A stretch of 64,000 bases of DNA from a virus, in IMG/VR virus record IMGVR_UViG_3300027751_000015, positions 1,813 through 65,812 of that record; one strand, 5' to 3'. The position numbers were made by a program, and so were the translations under genes. Below the pieces are notes generated by a model. It saw nothing but the letters and a program-made list of their open reading frames with translations, made no database searches and was not told the DNA's origin. Positions 53,676 through 62,084 of the stretch are shown one piece after another (position 1 is the first letter of the stretch; each line of letters opens with the position of its first letter).

Positions 53676-53945
53676 ATGGCAGATCCTGAATACTTCGAAT
53701 ATCAAGGTAAAACATATGATGTTACCTTTAATGAATCAGAAACGGTCCGCCATGGTGGTCCATTCGATCGTGGATCTGCTGACAGTTATTACGGTCGTGA
53801 GATATGCCCTCATTATTTCGTTGGCGATACATTTAGATCTCATCGTATAGAAAAAAGTGAGATGACTAAGCGAGAATTGGGTGAGTATTATGCTGGATAC
53901 GAGTATAATGAAACTGTTAACAAAGATTTTAAGGATTGGGGATGA
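53676..53945 (+). CDS. Hypothetical protein
   Basis: RHGGPFDRGSADSYYGR...PHY motif common in phage early genes. Confidence 0.7.
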   Translation: MADPEYFEYQGKTYDVTFNESETVRHGGPFDRGSADSYYGREICPHYFVGDTFRSHRIEKSEMTKRELGEYYAGYEYNETVNKDFKDWG

Positions 53946-54030
53946 TAGAAGTCAACGGAGTAAGATTTGAATGTGTGTTTGACGCTATAGAATTTAGAGA
54001 TATTCTTGATGCGCATTATATAAAAGTGAC

Positions 54031-54273
54031 ATGGAAATGTTTACAGTAGAGTTTGAAGAAGATGAGACGTGTATTACTGTACTAGATAACACAGGAGAAT
54101 TAGAAGATGTTGTAGCTCTTCTTTACGATGATTACTGTCATTTTAGACAGTGGAATGCAAAAGCAAACAAATTCGAAGTGATAACTCTAAAACCAGAAAT
54201 GTATTTAAAGTTAATGAAAGCGTGGGACCTACAGGAAGGAGCCTACGATATTGTAACAGTGGAGAGAAACTAA
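54031..54273 (+). CDS. Hypothetical protein
   Basis: Clean acidic ORF. Confidence 0.6.
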   Translation: MEMFTVEFEEDETCITVLDNTGELEDVVALLYDDYCHFRQWNAKANKFEVITLKPEMYLKLMKAWDLQEGAYDIVTVERN

Positions 54274-54275
54274 AT

Positions 54276-54917
54276 ATGATACAATTACAGCCGCTATTTC
54301 CTAACGCAATTGGGTTCGAAAGCGCACCAGACTTGGTAACTTATGATCTGGTTAATGATGTTAAATCTTTATCCCAAGGTCAAAATACTCACAACAGGGT
54401 AAGCATTGAAAACAGGATTTTAACTACCGATCAAAACGAATTTAAAACTAAGCATTCTCAGCTAGTTAAGTTTTTAGAAGATTCTCTCGAAAACTTCTAC
54501 TATCATGCTTTAGGAGTTCCATTTGAAGATGGCAACATCAAATCAGTAATAACACAAAGCTGGTTTACTTATTCTGTTAAGGGAGAAAGTATGCATGGGC
54601 ATAAGCATCCCAATAGTATTGTTAGTGGTGTTTTTTATATTAATGCTAAAAATGAAGATCAAATTATTTTTACGAAACAGCATGAATATAAGAACCTTGA
54701 GTGGTATGCAAAAGAAAGAAATGAATACACAGGTAAAGAGTTTATAGTCCCAGTTAAAACCGGAGATTTAATTTTATTTAACTCTAATCAACATCACCAT
54801 TTTAATGATATAGAGCACGATGAGGAAAGAATTAGCTTGGCCTTTAATTCGTGGCTTGGTGGAGAATTTGGTACAAAAGATGCACTAACGCATCTTGTTA
54901 GTAATAACACATATTAA
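54276..54917 (+). CDS. 2OG-Fe(II) oxygenase (TIGR02466-like)
   Basis: LFP, QSWF, HGHKHPNS.VSGVFY, GDLILF.S..HH and ERISLAFN. Confidence 0.85.
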   Translation: MIQLQPLFPNAIGFESAPDLVTYDLVNDVKSLSQGQNTHNRVSIENRILTTDQNEFKTKHSQLVKFLEDSLENFYYHALGVPFEDGNIKSVITQSWFTYSVKGESMHGHKHPNSIVSGVFYINAKNEDQIIFTKQHEYKNLEWYAKERNEYTGKEFIVPVKTGDLILFNSNQHHHFNDIEHDEERISLAFNSWLGGEFGTKDALTHLVSNNTY

Positions 54918-54926
54918 GGAAGTAAA

Positions 54927-55232
54927 ATGTTTAATAAAGATGATATCGTTTCTGCAGTAACTCCTGTAGGCGAATTTGTAGGTAAATTTGTAAGTTTTGA
55001 AAATAATATTCTTACACTAGCAAAGCCAAAAGGAGTAGGGCAATCACAAGAAGGTATTGGATTAATGGATGGAGTATGCATCTCTGGTACACGTAATCCG
55101 GAAGAAGTAAAGATACTAAATGTTGTTTTAGTGGCTCAAACAAATCTTGAACTAGCTAATGGGTATAGACAGGCTATTGGTTCAGTACTAGCTCCTATGA
55201 CAAATATCGACATGTCTAAATTTAAATTATAA
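54927..55232 (+). CDS. Conserved T4-like hypothetical protein
   Basis: DIVS..TPVGEFVGKF; AAGGAAG SD. Confidence 0.65.
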   Translation: MFNKDDIVSAVTPVGEFVGKFVSFENNILTLAKPKGVGQSQEGIGLMDGVCISGTRNPEEVKILNVVLVAQTNLELANGYRQAIGSVLAPMTNIDMSKFKL

Positions 55233-55316
55233 GCCGTTGTTTTTAAACAAAACAAAAACGCATAAAAATGAAATTAAACGTGTACATTGCTTTCTACATG
55301 CTGTAGGATGGTTATA
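55229..55316 (+). repeat. Early-promoter cassette repeat, copy B (TGTACA 55281, TAGGAT 55304)
   Basis: 79/88 identical to 47753-47840. Confidence 0.85.
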
Positions 55317-55339
55317 GAAACAAAGAGAAAGATTATATT

Positions 55340-55594
55340 ATGACACCTTCACAAAAAGCTGACCGTTTAGCTCTTATCAAAGAAATCGCTGAGCGCAAGA
55401 AGAAAATGTCTAAGATCCGTAAACGGACTGCATCGGTTATCTCTCGTGCTAAGACTGCTTCACGTAAAGCCAAAGAAATTAAAATTCCTAAGGAGTCTAA
55501 TATCTATCAGTGGACTGATGCTTCTAAATATGCTCAAGAGTATTATGGCGAAACGCTCCACTATACAACGAAATTCGATAACGATTGGGATTAA
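55340..55594 (+). CDS. Basic hypothetical early protein
   Basis: Follows promoter; K/R-rich N-half. Confidence 0.7.
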   Translation: MTPSQKADRLALIKEIAERKKKMSKIRKRTASVISRAKTASRKAKEIKIPKESNIYQWTDASKYAQEYYGETLHYTTKFDNDWD

Positions 55595-55650
55595 TCTTAG
55601 TTGTTATCGAAAAACCCTGTTTGCTTTAAACCCTCGAGGTGCATTACAGG

Positions 55651-55869
55651 TCGGTATAGGCACTGGTACCGAATTAAACCCAGTCGGTTGCTGCATACGT
55701 GAAATGCAGATAAGGGGAGAGCCACTGCAGAAAGGCTCTCCCACGAAAACTTCTTAATACTGCATAGTACGAGCAAAGAAACGTAACAGGTAGGTAGGTG
55801 CTAGCAACCGAACCCGTAAAATCCTGGTGAGGGACTAAGTTAAGACTACTATTCAGTATTAAGAAGTTT
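55651..55869 (+). ncRNA. Candidate structured non-coding RNA / leader
   Basis: Several perfect helices, including a 16-bp stem 55747-55762/55854-55869 and a crossing 9-bp pairing 55684-55692/55803-55811. Confidence 0.5.
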
Positions 55870-55879
55870 GGAGGATGTT

Positions 55880-56089
55880 ATGAGGACTGTACACTATGTA
55901 GGATTTAGAGGCGACGAGTACGTCCGCGCTCATAGGATCTTCGGTGGACCGGTTTATATCCACCGCGATTATGATGATCGTGTGTTTAGTGAAGTTGGCG
56001 ATGATGATGTCGTTATCTTTGGACCAAAGTATAAGAAGCTGCCATATGTGTGGGATGCATCTGCAGTTGATAGGAGATACACAGAATGA
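55880..56089 (+). CDS. Hypothetical protein
   Basis: GGAGG SD 55870-55874, ATG 55880; HYVGFRGDEY..A.RIFG.P. Confidence 0.7.
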   Translation: MRTVHYVGFRGDEYVRAHRIFGGPVYIHRDYDDRVFSEVGDDDVVIFGPKYKKLPYVWDASAVDRRYTE

Positions 56090-56292
56090 TTTTTAGTACC
56101 AGTCTCATCGATACTAAGGGCCATTGGATGGTAGGCACCGAGTGGCAATATGCCAAAGGTATTGTCACCATGCATCCTGAAGGTTTCAGCTGTTCTTGTA
56201 AAAAAGCACCGCGCAAACCATGTAACCATATTCGTAATGTTAAGTTACGTATCTATGGCACATTTGATCAGTATTATAAGGATGCAGCGTAA
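56086..56292 (+). CDS. SWIM-like zinc-finger protein
   Basis: FSCSC...PCNHI. Confidence 0.65.
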   Translation: MIFSTSLIDTKGHWMVGTEWQYAKGIVTMHPEGFSCSCKKAPRKPCNHIRNVKLRIYGTFDQYYKDAA

Positions 56293-56633
56293 TGTCTATG
56301 CATATGATTAGAGGAGTTCAGGTCCATGGTGTAGGGAAACGCCGTAAGGCGAAACGAAAATCGAATAAATTATTGAAGGCGGAAGCCGAACATCAAAAGT
56401 TTTTAGATAAACTTATTTCAGGTAAGTCAAATTATAGACCTGACTTACCTGACTATAATTGCGGTCCTAGTATGACGAGTGATCGTATAGCAGGCAATGG
56501 TCTTGCAAAAGAACGTAAGCAATATACTGGTACCGAGATTGCTGGAATTGTTACTACACACAAATCAAACCTTATGCCAGTACGTAGAGATAACAAACAA
56601 GCAGCTATAGATGCTGCATCAATGAGGAGATAA
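56292..56633 (+). CDS. Basic hypothetical protein
   Basis: Coupled ORF; GI.T.HKSN..PV motif. Confidence 0.7.
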   Translation: MSMHMIRGVQVHGVGKRRKAKRKSNKLLKAEAEHQKFLDKLISGKSNYRPDLPDYNCGPSMTSDRIAGNGLAKERKQYTGTEIAGIVTTHKSNLMPVRRDNKQAAIDAASMRR

Positions 56634-56635
56634 TA

Positions 56636-56770
56636 ATGTGGGCACTTAAATTAAATGCACAGGGTCAGCCAGGGCCTGCAGTTGCTCGTAGGCTTAAACA
56701 AGTCAAGATCGAGCTAGACTCTCACTCGTCTCGGTTAGAGTTCGGCTATTGCTATCTGGAAATGGTGTAA
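56636..56770 (+). CDS. Small hypothetical protein (44 aa) missed by the track
   Basis: AGGAG SD; MWALKLNAQGQPGPAVARRLKQVKIELDSHSSRLEFGYCYLEMV; TAATG coupling downstream. Confidence 0.5.
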   Translation: MWALKLNAQGQPGPAVARRLKQVKIELDSHSSRLEFGYCYLEMV

Positions 56771-56928
56771 TGGCTAAAAGAATCCCCATGAAGGGAGGAG
56801 ATGAATACGATGCTCTAACTAAACGTTCACGTAAATTTTTTATGTGGAGCAGAGGGCAAATTAAAAAAATTAAACGCGGATATAATAAACGATTCCGCAA
56901 AGCAGGAAAGATTATAGATAATGAATGA
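56770..56928 (+). CDS. Small basic protein (52 aa) missed by the track
   Basis: MAKRIPMKGGDEYDALTKRSRKFFMWSRGQIKKIKRGYNKRFRKAGKIIDNE. Confidence 0.65.
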   Translation: MAKRIPMKGGDEYDALTKRSRKFFMWSRGQIKKIKRGYNKRFRKAGKIIDNE

Positions 56929-57187
56929 AATTGATTCAAGTTCTCGTGAATACATGGTTGCTCAGCTCAAAGAGCGAGTTTGCCGTGTCATATTTAAAAA
57001 AGTAAACGGTGAAGAGCGTGATATGACTTGCACTCTTATGGCAGATGTTTTGCCAGATGCTAAGAAAGATGAGCCACTTACTCAGAAAAAAGTTAGAGCT
57101 ATTAATGAAGAAGTAATAGTAGCATTTGATCAAGAAAAATCTGAGTATCGCTCTTTCCGTGTGGCAAATGTTATCTCTTTTACCTAG
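56921..57187 (+). CDS. SH3/WYL-like small phage protein
   Basis: VIFKKVNGEERDMTCTL...AFD.EK..YRSFR. Confidence 0.7.
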   Translation: MNEIDSSSREYMVAQLKERVCRVIFKKVNGEERDMTCTLMADVLPDAKKDEPLTQKKVRAINEEVIVAFDQEKSEYRSFRVANVISFT

Positions 57188-57195
57188 TATAAATA
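57188..57195 (+). promoter_or_regulatory. T4-type late promoter TATAAATA
   Basis: Exact consensus. Confidence 0.7.
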
Positions 57196-57215
57196 TACCG
57201 TACAAAGGAGTTTTT

Positions 57216-57437
57216 ATGTATCAAGATTATATTTCCTCTGAAACTGGCCTATGGCTAACACTACTCGGGTCTTGCATATGCTGGTACGCTATAGGTAAGA
57301 TAAGAGGAAGTAAGTCTCAAGAAGAAGTAATAGACAGTACTATAACTTATCTTATACACGAAAACTTCATTCGATGGAAGCGTGACGAAAACGGTGATAT
57401 AGAAATATTGACCATCGATGAAAAAAATCATAACTAA
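57216..57437 (+). CDS. Small membrane protein
   Basis: AAGGAG SD; one TM segment. Confidence 0.6.
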   Translation: MYQDYISSETGLWLTLLGSCICWYAIGKIRGSKSQEEVIDSTITYLIHENFIRWKRDENGDIEILTIDEKNHN

Positions 57438-57461
57438 TTGATATCTAACAAAAAGAAAACG

Positions 57462-57490
57462 TGTACATTACTATCACGATGTGGTAGAAT
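57462..57490 (+). promoter_or_regulatory. Promoter TGTACA-N17-TAGAAT
   Basis: 17-nt spacer. Confidence 0.75.
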
Positions 57491-57501
57491 AGTAGTATAT
57501 T

Positions 57502-58119
57502 ATGAAGGAGATCAATGTGGCCCGTAAATCTAAACTGAATCAAATGCGCGAAGAATTCTCTAAAACCTCAACTGTCAAGCCGGTTAAAAAAACGCGTAAA
57601 AAGCGTACTCTTACACCAGAGCAAAAAGCAGTATTAGTTGATCGTATGGCTAAAGCAAGAGAAGCTCGTGGTCCTGCTAAGCACCTTTCGATACACGAAT
57701 CAATCCGCAACTTGCCAGATAGTGACAAGTTATCACCTACTAAAGTTAAAGAGTGGCTAAAAGAACAAAAGGATATGCTGAGGTCTATAAAGCCCCAGAA
57801 AGACAGTAAAGATTCTGCTCTACGACAGCAGTATTGGGATACTGAGGCATATGTTTTTAACTTGCAAAAGTATCTCAATGATGGGATATACCGCGATCAT
57901 CGCTTTGGCAATGAAAAACAAGGCAAAATCCGTTACCGTTCTGTAGCTATGGCATACCACGCAGACGGCACACCTAAACGAACAGTTGGAGTATTTTATG
58001 CTGATATTGGAGAAGAGTATACAAACGAAATGGCAGATCAAGACTATGGAACAGCAAAAGCAACCAGCCCAATTCCTAACAAAAAGCGAGTTCGGAAGAC
58101 TAATAGAAAAGACAGTTAA
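57502..58119 (+). CDS. Conserved hypothetical protein upstream of gp33
   Basis: Basic N-terminus; AY.G.PKR..G motif. Confidence 0.65.
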   Translation: MKEINVARKSKLNQMREEFSKTSTVKPVKKTRKKRTLTPEQKAVLVDRMAKAREARGPAKHLSIHESIRNLPDSDKLSPTKVKEWLKEQKDMLRSIKPQKDSKDSALRQQYWDTEAYVFNLQKYLNDGIYRDHRFGNEKQGKIRYRSVAMAYHADGTPKRTVGVFYADIGEEYTNEMADQDYGTAKATSPIPNKKRVRKTNRKDS

Positions 58120-58288
58120 GTCTCATAAGTCTTCCTACATGGACGCAATCATTTGGTTGTGTGACAAAAACGATGTCGATTTAGAGGACGTGAAGAAATT
58201 CATATCTCCTATCATAAAGACAAAGTTAGAGGCAGAAGCAATGAATTTAAACTACTTGCCTCGACAAAACAGTTTACCTTTTGAGTAA
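58046..58288 (+). CDS. 33: Late promoter transcription coactivator gp33
   Basis: F...IEK.V.....YMDAII.LC.....D.E.V.K.ISP.IK.KLEAEA..LN.L; next to gp32. Confidence 0.85.
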   Translation: MEQQKQPAQFLTKSEFGRLIEKTVKSHKSSYMDAIIWLCDKNDVDLEDVKKFISPIIKTKLEAEAMNLNYLPRQNSLPFE

Positions 58289-58356
58289 ATTGTGGTAGAA
58301 TATTATTATGAATACAGTGGATAAAAAATACATATTAACATATAAGGAAAATACAT

Positions 58357-59277
58357 ATGTCGTTCGCAGCACTAAAACGTAACCGTACAGATCTCAGCAG
58401 CTTGATTAGTCAGGCCCAAGAGAATAATACCCAACAAAGCACAAAAATGTCAGAGGATCCTCGGTTCTGGACACCTACTCGTGATAAGGCTGGTAATGGT
58501 TATGCTGTAATTCGTTTCCTACCAGGAGACGCAGAAGCCCCAACACCATGGGTTCGGTATTGGGATCACTTCTTCAAAGGCCCAACAGGTCAATGGTACA
58601 TTGAGAAATCTCTTACATCTATTGGTCAACAGGATCCACTATCCGAAAGTAATAGCAAGCTATGGAATGAAGATGGCTCTGACGAAGCCAAACGTACCGT
58701 ACGTGAGCGTAAGCGTAATCTACGTTATATTGCAAACGTACTTGTTATTGCAGATCCTGCAAATCCGGAGAATGAAGGTCAAGTTAAACTTTATCGCTTT
58801 GGTAAGAAAATCTTTGATAAGATTATGGATAGCATGCAACCTCAGTTTCCTGACGAAGCACCAGTCAACCCATTCGATATGTGGGAAGGTGCAGACTTTA
58901 CATTAAAGATTCGTAAGGTTGAAGGTTATCCAAACTATGATGCTTCATCTTTTAAACCATCAACAGAACTATGTGCTGGAGATGATAAAAAGAAAGAAAC
59001 CATCTATGAGAAGCAACACGAAATGACTGAATGGACTGATGCTAAAAACTTTAAATCGTATGACGAACTTAAGTCACGTCTCGCTTTGGTTCTTGGCGAG
59101 TCTTCAATGCCTATGAATGCAAAGGTAATGGAGTCTCTTGATAATAGTATGCCAATCAGTGATTTTAAATCTCATACTCCGCCTAGTGCTCCTAGCGCGC
59201 CACCTCCTTCTGCAGCTGAAGTTGCTGAAAGTGATGATACTTTATCGTATTTCGCTAAGCTTGCAGCAGAAGATTAA
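58357..59277 (+). CDS. 32: Single-stranded DNA-binding protein gp32
   Basis: D.RFW, DKAGNGYAVIRFLP, GQWYIE.SL, GKKIFDKI, NPFD.WEGADF.LKIR, NYD.S.F; acidic LAAED tail. Confidence 0.97.
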   Translation: MSFAALKRNRTDLSSLISQAQENNTQQSTKMSEDPRFWTPTRDKAGNGYAVIRFLPGDAEAPTPWVRYWDHFFKGPTGQWYIEKSLTSIGQQDPLSESNSKLWNEDGSDEAKRTVRERKRNLRYIANVLVIADPANPENEGQVKLYRFGKKIFDKIMDSMQPQFPDEAPVNPFDMWEGADFTLKIRKVEGYPNYDASSFKPSTELCAGDDKKKETIYEKQHEMTEWTDAKNFKSYDELKSRLALVLGESSMPMNAKVMESLDNSMPISDFKSHTPPSAPSAPPPSAAEVAESDDTLSYFAKLAAED

Positions 59278-59284
59278 CTAATAA

Positions 59285-59310
59285 CTGAGGGCGGCTAATG
59301 CTGCCCTCAG
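59285..59310. terminator. Probable bidirectional terminator between gp32 and the convergent baseplate operon
   Basis: CTGAGGGCGGC-TAAT-GCTGCCCTCAG hairpin. Confidence 0.7.
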
Positions 59311-59320
59311 CCACTTTTTA

Positions 59321-61180
59321 TTATTGTATAAGACCGTTGCCTACAATAAAATCACGCATCGTAAGTTTTTTAGCACTATGTTCATCAATAGAGCCAGTGG
59401 CCTCAACAGAAAAGGGCGCTGCTTGTGCTGTAGCTGGAGCAGTTTGTATACTAGAGTTATCAACATTGTTTATTGTCAGCGAGTAACCTTGCATTAGATT
59501 TCCGGCCTGCCCGATCGTTCCGCCTCTCAGTTTATCTAATTCATTTATATTCTTAGCAAGTTCAGAGTTTTTTCCCATTCCAAACTTGTCAAAACTTAAA
59601 GCTTCTTTTTTTGTTAATATCCCATCACCATTTGCATCTGCTTTTAATATAGCTTGTATTAGGTCGCTTTCTCTCGTAGATTTTTTATTAGCGGCCGCAG
59701 CTATTTCTTCTACAGATGCATTTGACCTTGCAAGACCTAAACTTTCTACCAGCCAATCAGGTAACAAGCCAGTAATAGATGCAGTTAAATCTGATGCTAG
59801 CTTTGAAATATTTGGTAAAAAGCCTCCTAACCAATTAAAGAAATCACTCACCCAACCTGTGATTGTTTCTCTTAAGTTAAACTCCTCCAATTCTTTATCA
59901 TCCCAACCAAACATTTTACTGGCCCATCGCACAACTGCGTTGATTGGAAAAAACAAAATATCTAAGTAAGTTTTTCCAGCAAAACCTAACGCGGATAGCA
60001 AATTAGTGAAAGCAGTTGTAAGAGCCTCTTTTGGATCTGAGAATAAAAGTTTAACCCACTCTATGGCACCTTCAACAACACCAAATATTCCGCTGGTTAT
60101 CTTTTTTATAGTTTCTTCAAAGCTAAATGATTCGAGTTGTTTTACGACCCAACCAGCCATACCCTGACCTTCTTTCACCTTACCATCAGCATCAGTTTCT
60201 ACACCAAATAGCTTTTTGATTACCCATGAGATCCCCTTCTTGAGCAAATCGAATGGAGCACCAATCAATGAACCTAAGAAACCGCCAACACCATCTCCAA
60301 GTTTTCCTATAAGGCCATCCGCATCTGATTCTTGGTAAGCTTTTACGCCATCAAATAAACTTACGATAAATCCAATAGGCCATAGGATCTTTGCGAATAA
60401 TGCGCCAAACTTTCCGCCAAATGATGTTATTGTTTTTAAGAAAGCCCCTGCCTTACTAGTAGCAAACTTCGCCACGCCCTCTGAAACGGCAACAAGTGGT
60501 CTTAAGATTCTGCCAATTTGAAATGTTACTCTACCAATTATATTCTTTTTAAATAGGCCATCACCGCCTTTAATTGCTAGTAACTTCCCATCCGCACCAA
60601 TACCAAACATTCTTAATGCCCTAATTCTTAGAGCATTCATTCTCATTCCAATTTGAGTTGTTATAGGTGCGGCTTTTTGAAACCTTCCCTTTGCATCGCG
60701 TGTTAAAAGACCTTCAGGAGTCAGCCCAAACATGGCAAAAGCTGCATTCCTCATTCTTATGAGGCCATTACTCATAGTTAATGGTACTTTTACCATGCTA
60801 TTTATTTTTTTAATGGCAGAGAGTTCCCATCCTCTAAGACCAGCAAAAGCTGCCGCTACTGCCGCAATTCCTGCAGTGAGAGGAAGGAGCATTGCTCCTA
60901 TGCCTTTCATTCCTCCAAAAAGACCTAATAAGCCAATCTTACTATTATTGTTTGTAACGCTTCCACCAGCCTGCTGCTGTTGCTGATTTTTAGCTTTACT
61001 AGTCTCTAGCTTTTCTTCTCGTTTATCTTTCTCTTGCCGTTTAAGATATTCGAAATGATTTGCCATAGTAGCGTTAAGCTTTTCTATAGCATCAGTCGTT
61101 TCTTCTTGCGCTAAAAGCAAATCTCTATTACCGGCCAAAGCCTTAATAATCTTTTGGAAATCTTTAAAATCATCTGCCAT
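59321..61180 (-). CDS. Baseplate hub / tail-length determinant (gp29-like)
   Basis: 619 aa, Gly/Ala-rich amphipathic helices; directly downstream of gp26/gp51. Confidence 0.65.
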   Translation of the reverse strand: MADDFKDFQKIIKALAGNRDLLLAQEETTDAIEKLNATMANHFEYLKRQEKDKREEKLETSKAKNQQQQQAGGSVTNNNSKIGLLGLFGGMKGIGAMLLPLTAGIAAVAAAFAGLRGWELSAIKKINSMVKVPLTMSNGLIRMRNAAFAMFGLTPEGLLTRDAKGRFQKAAPITTQIGMRMNALRIRALRMFGIGADGKLLAIKGGDGLFKKNIIGRVTFQIGRILRPLVAVSEGVAKFATSKAGAFLKTITSFGGKFGALFAKILWPIGFIVSLFDGVKAYQESDADGLIGKLGDGVGGFLGSLIGAPFDLLKKGISWVIKKLFGVETDADGKVKEGQGMAGWVVKQLESFSFEETIKKITSGIFGVVEGAIEWVKLLFSDPKEALTTAFTNLLSALGFAGKTYLDILFFPINAVVRWASKMFGWDDKELEEFNLRETITGWVSDFFNWLGGFLPNISKLASDLTASITGLLPDWLVESLGLARSNASVEEIAAAANKKSTRESDLIQAILKADANGDGILTKKEALSFDKFGMGKNSELAKNINELDKLRGGTIGQAGNLMQGYSLTINNVDNSSIQTAPATAQAAPFSVEATGSIDEHSAKKLTMRDFIVGNGLIQ

Positions 61181-61364
61181 TTGACATCTTTTGCCTTTCA
61201 GCTTCTTTTTGTTGTTCTTTTATCTGATCCAGTAACATAGATAAGTATATTTCTCTCTCCCACGGTATCATATTTTCAACTTCAGCTAAAGAATAATTAT
61301 GGTTTTGTATCAGCTGAAAATTCACTTGGTAATAATTAACGAGTGTATCATGAGAAAGAGACAC
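61170..61364 (-). CDS. 51: Baseplate hub assembly protein gp51-like
   Basis: L.NYY..NF.L.Q.H.YSL.E.ENMIPWER.IY. Confidence 0.85.
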   Translation of the reverse strand: MSLSHDTLVNYYQVNFQLIQNHNYSLAEVENMIPWEREIYLSMLLDQIKEQQKEAERQKMSNGR

Positions 61365-62071
61365 TAAAAAAAATCAGACATGCCTTTTAGTAATAAATCA
61401 TTTTTGTGGCCACAGCTCTTACAGGTGTAAGAGGCATCATGTGATATTTGAGGCATAGATTCAATGAACTTACGAATCGAATCAAATTGTTCTGAGCTTA
61501 ATGATTCAATAAACTCCATTTGTGATTCGCGAGTCTCATCTTTAAATGCCATATTTTCGTCTTCGGTCATTACACTTTCAATACACTTTAAAATCATAGC
61601 AAATGTCTGGTGAGTAGTAGACTTAGATTCTAAGATATCCTTATCTAACATACTAAGGTATGACGGATATTTCATTTGAATACTAATATCTTCATTCAAT
61701 TCAATGATGCTAGCTGCATCTGGTTTTTTTACATCTAGTGTATCTAGACTTATTTTTAATTCATTTCTTTCTTCACACTGGTTGCATTCTGGAGAAATAG
61801 TTATACTTTCTCCTACAGACTTTGATCTAATCTTAACGAACATATATTCTACGTCAAAACTAGCGAGAGCTTGCTTGTTGATATCTCCATCAACACAAGC
61901 CTCGATTGTGTCAACAATGGCAGAGAACATAGATACCTGATCTTCGCTTTCCATTGCCATCATTAGTACCTTTTCTTCTTTTACAAGATAAGGCCTAAAT
62001 CTTACGGTCTGTCCTGTTGAAGGTATTACAAGTTCATATTTTGGTTTATCATTTAGTTTAGGTAGTGCCAT
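61364..62071 (-). CDS. 26: Baseplate hub subunit gp26
   Basis: MALPKL..P.Y.L..PSTG..V.FRPYLVKEEK.L, FD.EY.F..IRSKSVGE, two CxxC and L.G..DFF. Confidence 0.92.
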   Translation of the reverse strand: MALPKLNDKPKYELVIPSTGQTVRFRPYLVKEEKVLMMAMESEDQVSMFSAIVDTIEACVDGDINKQALASFDVEYMFVKIRSKSVGESITISPECNQCEERNELKISLDTLDVKKPDAASIIELNEDISIQMKYPSYLSMLDKDILESKSTTHQTFAMILKCIESVMTEDENMAFKDETRESQMEFIESLSSEQFDSIRKFIESMPQISHDASYTCKSCGHKNDLLLKGMSDFF

Positions 62072-62084
62072 TTCAATTCATCCT

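Noticed and set aside
54276-54917. TET/JBP-type DNA base oxidase linked to the hmC system
   Set aside because: Motifs match the common TIGR02466-like 2OG-Fe(II) family, and the gene is about 40 kb from the modification cluster.
55446-55757. 103-aa ORF covering the structured intergenic region
   Set aside because: It overlaps 55340-55594 out of frame, has no SD and has atypical composition. The helices are better explained as RNA structure, though coding cannot be fully excluded.
55651-55869. Hammerhead ribozyme, c-di-GMP or cobalamin riboswitch, or group I intron
   Set aside because: I could not find the conserved cores (CUGAnGA/GAAA, B12 box, P7 elements), so the region is left unassigned.
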